64,000 nt of DNA from Pseudomonas sp. (GTDB lineage: Bacteria; Pseudomonadota; Gammaproteobacteria; Pseudomonadales; Pseudomonadaceae): NCBI RefSeq assembly GCF_036387035.1, contig NZ_DASVUM010000268.1:6671-70670 (forward strand), read 5' to 3'. Below are positions 21,965 through 31,775 of the stretch, in pieces; the stretch's first letter is position 1; the number at the start of each line of letters is the position of its first letter. Made by a program: the position numbers and the translations under genes. A model generated the notes under the pieces. It saw only the letters and a list, made by a program, of their open reading frames with translations. It did not search any database and was not told where the DNA came from.

Positions 21965-23077
21965 GTGCATATCGCTGACATGACCATGTTCTACGCCCCT
22001 GCCAGCGGCGGCGTGCGCACGTATCTGGACGCCAAACACCGTCGCCTGGCGCTTTCACCCGGTGTCCGTCACAGCCTGCTGATTCCCGGCCCACAAAGCA
22101 CTCACGAGGATGGCGTCTACCGGGTCCCGGCGCCGCCTGTGCCATTCGGCAACGGCTATCGTTTTCCGCTGCGCGTCGGTCCCTGGCGAGAAACCCTGCG
22201 AAGGCTGCGGCCCGACCTCATTGAAGTCGGCGACCCTTACCTCACGGCCTGGGCCGCCCTTGATGCCCGGCGTCAACTGGACGTGCCGGTGATTGGCTTC
22301 TATCACTCCGACTTGCCGCTGCTGGTGAGCAACCGCATCGGCACCTGGCTGGGCGCCAACGTCGAGAATTATGTGAGCAGACTTTACGGCAACTTCGATC
22401 GGGTGCTGGCGCCGAGCGCAGCGATGGCCGACAAGCTGATTCGTCTGGGTGTGAAGAATGTCCATGTGCAGCCGTTGGGGGTTGATCTGCACACGTTTCA
22501 TCCTTGTCGGCGCGACCCCGGCCTCAAGGCTGAGCTGGGCCTGGCGGACGACACGCGTCTGCTCATCTTCGCAGGCCGCGGTTCCAAAGAGAAAAACCTG
22601 ACCGTTTTGCTCGGCTGCATGAAGGCGCTGGGTCCGGGTTACCACCTGGCGCTGGTGGGTTCACATATGCCGACGGGCGTGCCGGACAACGTCACGGTGC
22701 TGGATAACTTCCGCCCTGCCGCGGAGGTAGCGCGTTTGCTGGCGAGCGCCGACGCGCTGGTGCATGCCGGGGATCAGGAAACCTTCGGCCTGGTGGTGAT
22801 TGAAGCCATGGCCAGCGGGATCCCGGTGGTGGCGGTAGATGCCGGGGCGTTCCGCGAGATCATTCCCGAGCACTGCGGCCTGTTGTGCGCGCCCGGTGAC
22901 CCCTTGGCCATGGCCGCCACCGTGCGCCAGCTTTTTGCCGAGAACGCTGCGACCCGAGGCGCACACTCGCGGCGTCATGTCGAAGCGCATTACGCCTGGG
23001 ACACCGTGGTGGCCGGCCTGCTGGGCCATTACCAGGCGGTGCTCGGCGCCCATCAGCCGGTCTACGCTCATGGCTGA
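21965..23077 (+). CDS. GT4 glycosyltransferase (GpgS-like GlcNAc-phosphatidylglycerol synthase)
   Basis: GTG start after GGAGG; FYAPASGGV, GRGSKEKN, ETFGLVVIEAMASG. Confidence 0.88.
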   Translation: MHIADMTMFYAPASGGVRTYLDAKHRRLALSPGVRHSLLIPGPQSTHEDGVYRVPAPPVPFGNGYRFPLRVGPWRETLRRLRPDLIEVGDPYLTAWAALDARRQLDVPVIGFYHSDLPLLVSNRIGTWLGANVENYVSRLYGNFDRVLAPSAAMADKLIRLGVKNVHVQPLGVDLHTFHPCRRDPGLKAELGLADDTRLLIFAGRGSKEKNLTVLLGCMKALGPGYHLALVGSHMPTGVPDNVTVLDNFRPAAEVARLLASADALVHAGDQETFGLVVIEAMASGIPVVAVDAGAFREIIPEHCGLLCAPGDPLAMAATVRQLFAENAATRGAHSRRHVEAHYAWDTVVAGLLGHYQAVLGAHQPVYAHG

Positions 23078-23849
23078 CCTGTCCAGAACCACGCAGCGCA
23101 GCCTGATGCTTGTGCTCCACGACGTGGCGCCGCAGACCTGGCCGCACTATCGCCCCTTCGTGGAAGCAATCGACCAATTGGGCAACATCCCCATCACCTG
23201 GCTGGTGGTACCGGACTTCCACAAGCAGGACCGGATCGACGCGAACCCGGCGTTCCAGCGGTTGATGCATGACCGCCTCGCACGGGGCGACGAGTTGGTG
23301 CTGCATGGCTACTACCATTGCGACGACAGCCCTGCTCCACGCACGCCTCTGGATTTTTTTATGCGGCGTATCTACACGTGGGAAGGCGAGTTCTACACCC
23401 TCAACGAGCAGCAGGCGATGCGCAGACTCGAAGCCGGCATGGAGGTGTTCCGGCGCAACGGCTGGCCGCTTCACGGGTTCGTCGCTCCCGCCTGGCTAAT
23501 GAGCGAAGGCACACGTGATGCGCTGCAAAAATTGCCGTTGGACTACACAAGTGATGCCCAACACTTGTATCGTCTGCCGGACTTTTCCCGGATCGATGCG
23601 CCCGGTATCGTCTGGAGCGCTCGCAGCGCCTGGCGCCGTGGCGTATCGAAAATAGTCAGCAACCACCGTGAGGTTCAATTGCACAACGCCGCAACCATTC
23701 GTCTGGGCCTGCACCCCGTAGATATGCGCCACGAGTTTTCCCGTCGTTACTGGCTGCAAGCCGTCGAACGCTTGTTGAACGAAGGGCGCACGCCCGTGAG
23801 CAAATTTGCCTGGCTTCAAAGCCTGAATGCCACCAGGTCTGCAGCGTGA
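23070..23849 (+). CDS. Polysaccharide-deacetylase family / DUF2334 protein (GpgD-like)
   Basis: LHDVAP, LHGYYH, GFVAPAW, LHPVD; overlaps the GT stop codon. Confidence 0.85.
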   Translation: MADLSRTTQRSLMLVLHDVAPQTWPHYRPFVEAIDQLGNIPITWLVVPDFHKQDRIDANPAFQRLMHDRLARGDELVLHGYYHCDDSPAPRTPLDFFMRRIYTWEGEFYTLNEQQAMRRLEAGMEVFRRNGWPLHGFVAPAWLMSEGTRDALQKLPLDYTSDAQHLYRLPDFSRIDAPGIVWSARSAWRRGVSKIVSNHREVQLHNAATIRLGLHPVDMRHEFSRRYWLQAVERLLNEGRTPVSKFAWLQSLNATRSAA

Positions 23850-24841
23850 GGCGACTTGGCTGGCTCGCAGCAGCCCTGATACTGGCCCTGCTGATTCCGT
23901 TCTTCATGGGCGGCGCGGACATGTTCCATCGCCTGCGCAACTTCCCGATCATGCTTCTGGTAGGCATGTTCGTCATGGTGCTGGTGGGCTGGTGCATGAA
24001 CACCATGCGCCTGCGCCTGTTACTGGGCGAGAGCGCCAGCGGGATCGGCATGCGCAAAAGTCTGGCCGTGGTGATGGCAACGGAGTTCGCCTATTGCGCG
24101 ACGCCAGGCGGCAGCGGTGCCCCGTTGACCCTTGTCGCACTGCTGTCGCGCAGCGGCATCGGCCCGGCGAAAAGCACGGCGGCCTTTGCCACTGACCAAC
24201 TAAACGACCTCGTGTTTTTTCTGCTCGCGCTGATCGGCATCCTGATCTACGCAGTGTTCCACCAGCTCAGCGAAAACCTCGAATGGATGCTCATTGCCAG
24301 CGCCCTGCTGATCGGCGCGGGGCTGTGCGCGTGCGCCGGTTTTGCGCGGTATCACCGGCGCATTATTCTCTTCAATGGCCGGGTGCTCAAACGCTTGAAG
24401 CGCAAGAACACCACGCGCATTCGCTGGGCGCGCAAACTGCTGCATTTTCGCGACGCATTGGCTGAAACCTGGAAGATGCCCCACCGCATCCTGTTGCAAG
24501 TGTTTGCACTGACTTGCGTGCACTGGAGTTTGCGATACAGCGTGCTTTACCTGGCGCTGCTAGGGCTGGGCGTCAATATCGACTGGGCGTGGACGTTCCT
24601 GGTGCAGATGCTGTCGCTGAGTGCGGGGCAGTTCAGCCTGTCGCCGGGCGGTGCCGGTGCAGCAGAATTAACGTCAGCGGCCTTGTTGGCGCCGATGGTG
24701 GGCAAGTCGACGGCGGCGGCAGCGATCCTGATCTGGCGGATCGTCACCTATTACTTCTATCTAGTGGCGGGCGGTCCGGTGTTCCTGCTCATGGTCGGGC
24801 GACCTTTGCTGAACAAGCTATTGCGGATCAAGACCGTCTGA
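23846..24841 (+). CDS. Lysylphosphatidylglycerol-synthase TM / flippase-like protein (GpgF-like)
   Basis: TPGGSG, PGGAGAAE, LIWRIVTYY; multiple TM segments; GTGA overlap. Confidence 0.85.
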   Translation: MRRLGWLAAALILALLIPFFMGGADMFHRLRNFPIMLLVGMFVMVLVGWCMNTMRLRLLLGESASGIGMRKSLAVVMATEFAYCATPGGSGAPLTLVALLSRSGIGPAKSTAAFATDQLNDLVFFLLALIGILIYAVFHQLSENLEWMLIASALLIGAGLCACAGFARYHRRIILFNGRVLKRLKRKNTTRIRWARKLLHFRDALAETWKMPHRILLQVFALTCVHWSLRYSVLYLALLGLGVNIDWAWTFLVQMLSLSAGQFSLSPGGAGAAELTSAALLAPMVGKSTAAAAILIWRIVTYYFYLVAGGPVFLLMVGRPLLNKLLRIKTV

Positions 24842-25006
24842 ACGATCGTCTTCGTCGGTAGAGGTCAGTTCTTTCCACAGCGCTTCGGCCCCTTCGAAGT
24901 CCGTGCCGTCTCCCGGTGACATGGCGTCGACGTCGTAACGGCTCAGGCAGCCCTGACCAAGGGTCGGCGGGGCTTTGGATGTGGCTTTGTCGAGGGGGTC
25001 GGGCAT
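24818..25006 (-). CDS. Small acidic hypothetical protein (62 aa)
   Basis: MPDPLDKATSKAPPTLGQGCLSRYD...; GCGGA RBS-like element; follows purU on the same strand. Confidence 0.6.
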   Translation of the reverse strand: MPDPLDKATSKAPPTLGQGCLSRYDVDAMSPGDGTDFEGAEALWKELTSTDEDDRSDGLDPQ

Positions 25007-25106
25007 GCTGATTCCGCTTGTCTTGCCGAAGATGCCACCGGGTCGTAGTCAGTGGTGTGGCCGTATGCCCCTGAATCAAGGGCACACCGACGCCTTAAAC
25101 CGAAGC

Positions 25107-25958
25107 TTAATCGAAGACGACAGTCTTGTTGTCATGCACCAGCACGCGGTCTTCCAAATGCGCACGAAGGCCGCGAGCAAGTACCATCTTTTCCACGTCG
25201 CGACCGAAACGAACCATGTTTTCGATGCTGTCGCGATGACTGACACGTACCACGTCCTGCTCGATGATCGGACCGGCGTCGAGCTCTTCGGTGACGTAGT
25301 GGCAAGTCGCGCCAATCAGCTTCACACCCCGCAGCGACGCTTGATGGTAGGGCTTGGCGCCCACGAACGAAGGCAGGAAGCTGTGGTGAATGTTGATGAC
25401 CTGGTGCGCGTATTCCCGGCACAGTTGCGGCGGCAGGATCTGCATGTAGCGCGCAAGTACAACAACATCGGCTTCATGGTGTTTGACCAGACGCGAGACT
25501 TCGGCGAACGCCGGCTCTTTATCGTGTGGATCAACCGGAACGTGGTAGTAAGGAATGTTGTGCCACTCGACCATGCTGCGCAGGTCCTGGTGGTTGGAAA
25601 TCACGCAGGCGATTTCGCAATCCAGCTCGTCGCTGTGCCAGCGGTGCAGCAGGTCGGCCAGGCAATGGGACTCCCGGCTTGCCATGAGCACCACGCGCTT
25701 TTTCTGGGCAGAGTCGGTAATGCGCCAGTCCATCGAAAACGCTTCGGCGATGGGTGCGAAGGCCTCACGGAAACCTTCGAGGTCGAAAGGCAGGGTGTCG
25801 GCGCGGATTTCATGACGCATGAAAAACCAGCCGCTGAGACTGTCAGAGTGATGGCTCGCTTCGGTAATCCAGCCGTTGTACGAGGCCAGGAAGTTACTGA
25901 CCTTGGCAACGATACCGACACGGTCCGGGCAAGCAATCACCAGACGAAAAGTGCGCAT
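25107..25958 (-). CDS. purU: Formyltetrahydrofolate deformylase
   Basis: ACT domain CPDRVGIVA, LARYMQIL, INIHHSFLPSF, LDAGPIIEQ. Confidence 0.96.
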   Translation of the reverse strand: MRTFRLVIACPDRVGIVAKVSNFLASYNGWITEASHHSDSLSGWFFMRHEIRADTLPFDLEGFREAFAPIAEAFSMDWRITDSAQKKRVVLMASRESHCLADLLHRWHSDELDCEIACVISNHQDLRSMVEWHNIPYYHVPVDPHDKEPAFAEVSRLVKHHEADVVVLARYMQILPPQLCREYAHQVINIHHSFLPSFVGAKPYHQASLRGVKLIGATCHYVTEELDAGPIIEQDVVRVSHRDSIENMVRFGRDVEKMVLARGLRAHLEDRVLVHDNKTVVFD

Positions 25959-26310
25959 GTGAAAAACTCCAGAACTTCGCAAAGGCCGCCATTCTAGCGA
26001 TTAGCGCAGGACTGTGCAGTATCCGCATGACGCTCATTTCAGGCGACAAAAAAGCGCACCCTGCAGCAGATAATGGACAAGTGCCTGATCGGTTGATCCA
26101 CGACGGAAACACGGCGCCAGATACTTCATCGAAAACGGCAAGGCCATGGGTGTTCTTTAAAGCAATATGTGTATCTAAATCGCGGGTATGTCTGCGCTTT
26201 ATTTTCAAAACGCTACAGACAAAACGTTTCTTAAATGTTTACTTGCGCAAACACTCTGATTATTATGCGCCATCGCCTCATGCCATCACGTCACAACATA
26301 GGTAATCCCC

Positions 26311-26688
26311 ATGTCACTGATCAACGAATACCGCGCAACTGAAGAAGCCATCAAAGAACTGCAAGCCCGCCTGCAGAACCTGCAACAAGACGACAAACTG
26401 CAAAAAGAACTTGAGTTCGAAGGCAAACTGCGCACGTTGATGGGCGAGTATCAGAAATCCCTGCGCGACATCATCGCGCTGCTGGATCCAGAGTCCAAGA
26501 TGAAAGCGCCACGTGGCGCCGCTGTAAAGCCGGTCGGCACTAAACGTGCTCGCAAGGTCAAGCAATACAAGAACCCGCACAACGGTGAAATCATCGAAAC
26601 CAAAGGCGGCAACCACAAGACGCTGAAAGAGTGGAAGGCCAAGTGGGGCGGTGACGAGGTTGAAGGCTGGGCAACTCTGCTGGGTTAA
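26311..26688 (+). CDS. mvaT: H-NS-like nucleoid protein MvaT
   Basis: MSLINEYRATEEAIKELQ..., YKNPHNGEIIETKGGNHKTLKEWK. Confidence 0.96.
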   Translation: MSLINEYRATEEAIKELQARLQNLQQDDKLQKELEFEGKLRTLMGEYQKSLRDIIALLDPESKMKAPRGAAVKPVGTKRARKVKQYKNPHNGEIIETKGGNHKTLKEWKAKWGGDEVEGWATLLG

Positions 26689-26731
26689 TCCCAAGGTGTA
26701 GAGTCAGCCGTCGCGCAGAGATGTTCGACCC

Positions 26732-26762
26732 AAAAAGACGCCAGCCACTGCTGGCGTTTTTT
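26732..26762. terminator. Intrinsic terminator (mvaT / sbcB)
   Basis: AAAAAGACGCCAGC-CACT-GCTGGCGTTTTTT. Confidence 0.85.
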
Positions 26763-26788
26763 ATTGCCTGCCCTTTACCCCCCTTCGC

Positions 26789-28219
26789 TTAAAGCCCCAG
26801 ACGCTGTTTCAACATCAGAGAGTATTCCTGCCACTGGGCAAGCACTTTAAGTTGCTCGGGCGTGGCCGTCAGGGAGCGTTCTACCAACGCACGGCTGAAA
26901 GCCTTGAGCGTATTGGGCGCGCCGGCCTGAGGATCACTCAGGCGCAACTGACAAAAAGCCAGCCAGCGCTGTTGCTCGGCAACACTCAGGGTTTCGGCGA
27001 AGTTGCGCGCGCGGTAGCGGAATAACAACTCAGGCAGACGAGGATCGTCGAACGGCCAGACATCGGTCGCCAGTTGCTGCGGCTCGGCAATTCGCACCTG
27101 CTCACAAAGACGCCGGTCCCGATCATTGATAAAACCATCGTATAACTGCTGTTCCGGATCCTCGCTGGCAGCGAAGTTGTCGCCGGCATAGACGCTTTTC
27201 AACTTGTCCTGCCAAATCGCCTGCCCTTCATTCAACGCGGCGACGCGCGTTTTATAAACGCTCATGTCCAGTTGCAGACGCTGACGGTCTTCCTCGCGCA
27301 GCACGCTCAGCGGCGCAATCACCGGGCATTTATTAACATGCAGCAATTTGAGCGGCACCGGTAACTGGCCTTCCAGCAGATCCTCGCGACGGGTATATAG
27401 ACGTTGACCGAGGGTCGCGGCGTCTTCGTCCAGTAACGGACTGTGGTCATGGAACAGATCACAGACGATCAGTGCGTTTCGGTTGACCGGATGCCAGGCC
27501 AGCGGGAGTACGACGCTGACATAACTTCGTGCGGCGGAAAAACGCCCCGATATATGCACCAGTGGCTGCATCAATCGAATCTGATCCTGCACCTTGTGCT
27601 TGAAGCGTAATTCAAAAAGATAATCGTAAAGTTTGGGTTGTTTGTCGCGGAGCAGCCGCGCCAGCGCAATGGTTGCACGAACATCCGAAAGCGCGTCGTG
27701 GGCATGGCCATGATCGATGCCGTTGGCCGCTGTGAGCCGTTCAAGTTTCAGCGTGACCCGCCCCTCTTCTTCCGGCCAGACGATGCCTTCGGGGCGCAAT
27801 GCATAAGCCGTGCGCACTGCGTCGATAAGGTCCCAGCGGCTATTACCGCCCTGCCATTCGCGGGCATAGGGATCGAAGAAGTTGCGGTAGAGGCTGTGAC
27901 GGGTCATCTCGTCGTCAAAGCGCAACGTGTTGTAGCCCGCGCTGCAGGTACCGGGGCGGGACATCTGGGCGTGCAGCCGGGTCATGAAGTCTGCTTCACA
28001 CAGACCTTTTTCCGCGAGCCGGTCAGGCGTGATGCCGGTCACCAGACACGCTGCCGGATGCGGCAGGATGTCATCACTGGGCTGGCAGTAGAGATTGATC
28101 GGTTCGCCGATCTCGTTGAGCTGATCGTCCGTACGAATGCCCGCCACTTGCAGCGGCCGGTCGTTGCGTGGATTGATCCCGGTGGTTTCGTAGTCGTACC
28201 AGAAGATGCTGGAAGTCAC
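26789..28219 (-). CDS. sbcB: Exodeoxyribonuclease I
   Basis: WYDYETTG, GYNTLRFDDE, HAHDALSDV DEDDh motifs. Confidence 0.96.
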   Translation of the reverse strand: MTSSIFWYDYETTGINPRNDRPLQVAGIRTDDQLNEIGEPINLYCQPSDDILPHPAACLVTGITPDRLAEKGLCEADFMTRLHAQMSRPGTCSAGYNTLRFDDEMTRHSLYRNFFDPYAREWQGGNSRWDLIDAVRTAYALRPEGIVWPEEEGRVTLKLERLTAANGIDHGHAHDALSDVRATIALARLLRDKQPKLYDYLFELRFKHKVQDQIRLMQPLVHISGRFSAARSYVSVVLPLAWHPVNRNALIVCDLFHDHSPLLDEDAATLGQRLYTRREDLLEGQLPVPLKLLHVNKCPVIAPLSVLREEDRQRLQLDMSVYKTRVAALNEGQAIWQDKLKSVYAGDNFAASEDPEQQLYDGFINDRDRRLCEQVRIAEPQQLATDVWPFDDPRLPELLFRYRARNFAETLSVAEQQRWLAFCQLRLSDPQAGAPNTLKAFSRALVERSLTATPEQLKVLAQWQEYSLMLKQRLGL

Positions 28220-28454
28220 GGGCTGATCCTGAACAAAAGACCGGGCGAGTTTAACAGATGACCTTCTGCGTCTGACGTCAACGAATACACCCTACAGCTT
28301 GGGATATCGCGACACAGTTTGTGCGAAAGTGTCGGCTATTGAGGGCAAGCAACTTGTAACAGGACCCTTCCCACACCCCAGCCAGAATCATCCGGTTGCT
28401 TAGCTACCTCGGCGTGGCTAGCATCAAACCTCTTTCACCGGCGTACCTTTCTTT

Positions 28455-29192
28455 ATGTCCCTTTCGCATGCAGAGCCAGGAATTGCTGCACCGCTTACCC
28501 TGCTGGACACTCGTGTCCGTATGGAGACACCCGAGGGCATTGATCTCATTCTGCGTCCCGCCGGTTTGCTGTCTCGCTCACTGGCATTCGGCATCGACCT
28601 GATGATCAGAGGCGTATTACTGGGTGCGCTGTTTTTCCTGTTTGGCACGCTGGGCGACTTCGGCACCGGGTTGTTCATGCTCATGCTGTTTGTCATGACC
28701 TGGGGTTATATGGTGCTGTTCGAGGTGCTGCATCAGGGTCGCACACCGGGGAAACAGATCATGGGGCTGCGGGTCATTCACAACGACGGCACGCCAATTG
28801 GCTGGTCGGGCTCCGTACTGCGCAACCTGCTGCGCTTCGTCGACATGCTGCCGTTCGGCTACGGCGTGGGCGCCCTTACCTGCTTGCAGCACCCACTGTT
28901 CAAACGACTGGGCGATCTTGCGGCCGGCACCCTGGTCATCTATCGCGACCTGCCCCCGCAACGATTGCCGTTGGCCGAGGCCGCTGCGTTACCCCCGCCG
29001 TTTCCCCTCTTGCTGGAGGAGCAGCGCACCATCCAGGCGTTTGCAGAGCGGCAAGGCACGTTGTCCACGGCCAGGGCCCGGGAGCTCGCCGGCATCCTCG
29101 CGCAGCCGCTGCAGTTGTCGGCATCGCCCGATCCGCACCACCCGGTCCAGCAACTGAATGGCATCGCCCGCGGCCTGGCGGGCATTCCATGA
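28455..29192 (+). CDS. RDD-family membrane protein
   Basis: ETPEG, RSLAFGID, GRTPGK, RNLLRFVD, RLGDLAAGT. Confidence 0.9.
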   Translation: MSLSHAEPGIAAPLTLLDTRVRMETPEGIDLILRPAGLLSRSLAFGIDLMIRGVLLGALFFLFGTLGDFGTGLFMLMLFVMTWGYMVLFEVLHQGRTPGKQIMGLRVIHNDGTPIGWSGSVLRNLLRFVDMLPFGYGVGALTCLQHPLFKRLGDLAAGTLVIYRDLPPQRLPLAEAAALPPPFPLLLEEQRTIQAFAERQGTLSTARARELAGILAQPLQLSASPDPHHPVQQLNGIARGLAGIP

Positions 29193-30169
29193 AGCAGAGC
29201 CTGTTCGAGAAGCGCCACGAGGAAGACTGGCATCGTTTTGCTACACGCCTTGACGCCTTGGAGCGGAGCCGCCGTAACAGCACGTCTGCAAAGGGTTTCA
29301 GCCGCGACTACCGTCAGGTCTGCCAACACCTGGCCTTGGCGATAGACCGTGGATACGCCAGTTATCGGGTCGAGCACCTGCAGCAGCTTGCGCTGCGGGG
29401 TCACCAGCAGCTGTATCGCCACCGAGGCCAGTTCACTGCGCAGATGCTGGGTTTTGTGCTCGCGGACTTTCCGCGCCTGGTGCGTGCCGAGTGGCGGTGG
29501 GTCGCCCTTGCCGGCCTGCTGTTTTTCGGCAGCCTGGCGCTCATGGCGCTTCTGGTCTACGGCTATCCGGATCTGGTGTACAGCGTCGTCAGCCCCGCCG
29601 ATGTCGCCGGCATGCACGCGATGTACGACCCCGCCGCACCGCGCATCGGGCAGGCGGCAGAACGGACGTCGAGCGCCGACTGGCTGATGTTCGGCTATTA
29701 CGTCATGCACAACGTCGGCATTGCTTTCCAGACCTTTGCCAGCGGTCTGTTCTTCGGTGTGGGCAGTCTGTTTTTTCTGTTCTTCAATGGCCTGATGATT
29801 GGCGCAGTGGCAGGCCACCTCACAGACGCAGGCATGGGCACGACGTTCTGGCCGTTCGTGGTGGGACACAGCGCTTTCGAGCTGACCGGCATCATGCTGG
29901 CGGGTGCAGCGGGGCTGAAACTGGGGTGGGCGCTGGTCGCTCCCGGTCGACTCCGCCGAGGCGAGGCCCTGCGCCGCGCCGCCCAGGTCAGCGTGCGACT
30001 CATCGGCGGGGTGATGATGTTCTTGCTTATCGCTGCATTTATTGAGGCGTACTGGTCGTCGATGAGCTGGCCCTCAGCGGCGGCCAAATACGGGGTGGGC
30101 GCTTGTCTGTGGTTGCTGGTCGCTGTTTACCTGACCCTCGCCGGACGCACACCCCATGCGCCTGACTGA
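29189..30169 (+). CDS. SpoIIM/DUF95-family membrane protein
   Basis: YRQVCQHLA, HNVGIAF, FNG, GHSAFEL, AAFIEAY. Confidence 0.88.
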   Translation: MKQSLFEKRHEEDWHRFATRLDALERSRRNSTSAKGFSRDYRQVCQHLALAIDRGYASYRVEHLQQLALRGHQQLYRHRGQFTAQMLGFVLADFPRLVRAEWRWVALAGLLFFGSLALMALLVYGYPDLVYSVVSPADVAGMHAMYDPAAPRIGQAAERTSSADWLMFGYYVMHNVGIAFQTFASGLFFGVGSLFFLFFNGLMIGAVAGHLTDAGMGTTFWPFVVGHSAFELTGIMLAGAAGLKLGWALVAPGRLRRGEALRRAAQVSVRLIGGVMMFLLIAAFIEAYWSSMSWPSAAAKYGVGACLWLLVAVYLTLAGRTPHAPD

Positions 30170-31775
30170 CGCCAGCGTTGTGCTGCGCCCGCGTACGTCC
30201 TGGGAGGCCATTGACCTGGGCGTGCTTCTGGCTCAACGCCATCGGAAGCTGTTGATGACCAGTTGGGCCATCGTCACCTTGCCGATCTTTGCCTTACTGA
30301 CCCTGCTGCTGTGGGATTACCCGTCGCTGGCAGTTTTGGTGTTCTGGTGGCTGAAACCGGCGTACGAACGGCTGCCGCTGCTGATTCTGTCGCAGGCGCT
30401 GTTAGGCTCCGCACCTTCGCTCAAGCAGGCGCTGCAAGAATTCCCGTCCGCTCTGAGACCGCAGTTGATCGCGAGCCTGACCTGGCGGCGTCTGAGCCTC
30501 AGCCGCAGCTTCTATCAGCCAGTGCAGCAACTCGAGGGGCTCGACGGGCTGCCGCGTGCGCAGCGGATTGTCGTGCTTGGCCGCAAGGATTCATGGGCGG
30601 CGCGGCTGCTGACCGCGCTGGGCAGCACGCTTGAAATGACCTTCTGGGTCGGCCTGGTAGTGCTGTTCTACGCCATGATTCCGCCGCAGATCGAGGCGGA
30701 CTGGTCGTGGCGCAGCCTGCTGGACATCGAGGGTGAATGGAACTGGCTGGAACATCTGACCAATGCGTTCTATGCCGTGGTGCTGATCGTGTGGGGGCCG
30801 GTCTACGTGTCGTGCGGGTTCGCGTTATACCTCAACCGCCGCACCACGATGGAGGCGTGGGACATCGAGCTGGGGTTCCGCAAGCTGCACCAGCGCGTCC
30901 TGGGCAGCGCAATGGCGTTACTGCTTGGCGGACTACTCGCGCTGACGATGTTGCCACCTTCAGTCTTGGCCGAGTCGGCAGTCAATCAGTCGATGGCGGA
31001 CGAGATGCCCAGCGAGTCAGGTAACAGCTGCCCTCTGCCGCCGCTGGACAGCCCGCAGGCTGACGAAGACCTTGCGCCACCGGATGCGGCGCGCCTGCTT
31101 AATCAGCCGCTGACCAGCCAGGCGTCACAAAACGCCATCCATGCGGTGCTTGAGCAACCCCCGTTCAAAAACCCCAAACCGGTGTCCGGGTGGCGCATCG
31201 CCCAGCATAAGCAGGATGCCAGAACCGGGGACGCGCCGAACTGGCTGGCGCGGCTGGTCGTAGGGCTGCTGAACGTGGGCAAAACCCTGTCGGCCGTATT
31301 CGGTGCCCTTTTGTGGACACTGCTCGCCCTGACCATCGCCTGGGTGATCTGGCGTTATCGGGCCTGGCTTGCGACCTTCGTTGGTCAGTCTTCCCCCAGG
31401 GCAGCCGCACCTGCAGACGTCCCTCAGCAACTCTTCGGCCTGCAGGTCCGCGCAGAAACCCTGCCCACGGACGTCGCAGAGGCAGCGGACACGCTGTGGC
31501 AGCAATCGCCGCGTGAGGCATTGGGCCTGCTTTACCGTGCGCTCTTGAGTCACCTCCTGACTGACTATCACCTGCCGCTTAAAAGCGCCGACACCGAGGG
31601 CCAGATTCTGGTCCGCATCGCCGAACTCAAGCAGCCATCCCTCGACGCGTTCAGCCAGGAGCTCACGCACCACTGGCAGAATCTCGCCTACGGTCATCAA
31701 GCACCGCCGGATCAGGCACGGCAGACGCTGTGCGCCGGCTGGCGGAAAGTGTTTGGTCAGGGAGCAGGTGCATGA
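30156..31775 (+). CDS. DUF4129-containing membrane protein
   Basis: RPRTSWEAIDLG, LYLNRRTTMEAWD, REALGLLYRA...TEG...AYG. Confidence 0.85.
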   Translation: MRLTDASVVLRPRTSWEAIDLGVLLAQRHRKLLMTSWAIVTLPIFALLTLLLWDYPSLAVLVFWWLKPAYERLPLLILSQALLGSAPSLKQALQEFPSALRPQLIASLTWRRLSLSRSFYQPVQQLEGLDGLPRAQRIVVLGRKDSWAARLLTALGSTLEMTFWVGLVVLFYAMIPPQIEADWSWRSLLDIEGEWNWLEHLTNAFYAVVLIVWGPVYVSCGFALYLNRRTTMEAWDIELGFRKLHQRVLGSAMALLLGGLLALTMLPPSVLAESAVNQSMADEMPSESGNSCPLPPLDSPQADEDLAPPDAARLLNQPLTSQASQNAIHAVLEQPPFKNPKPVSGWRIAQHKQDARTGDAPNWLARLVVGLLNVGKTLSAVFGALLWTLLALTIAWVIWRYRAWLATFVGQSSPRAAAPADVPQQLFGLQVRAETLPTDVAEAADTLWQQSPREALGLLYRALLSHLLTDYHLPLKSADTEGQILVRIAELKQPSLDAFSQELTHHWQNLAYGHQAPPDQARQTLCAGWRKVFGQGAGA

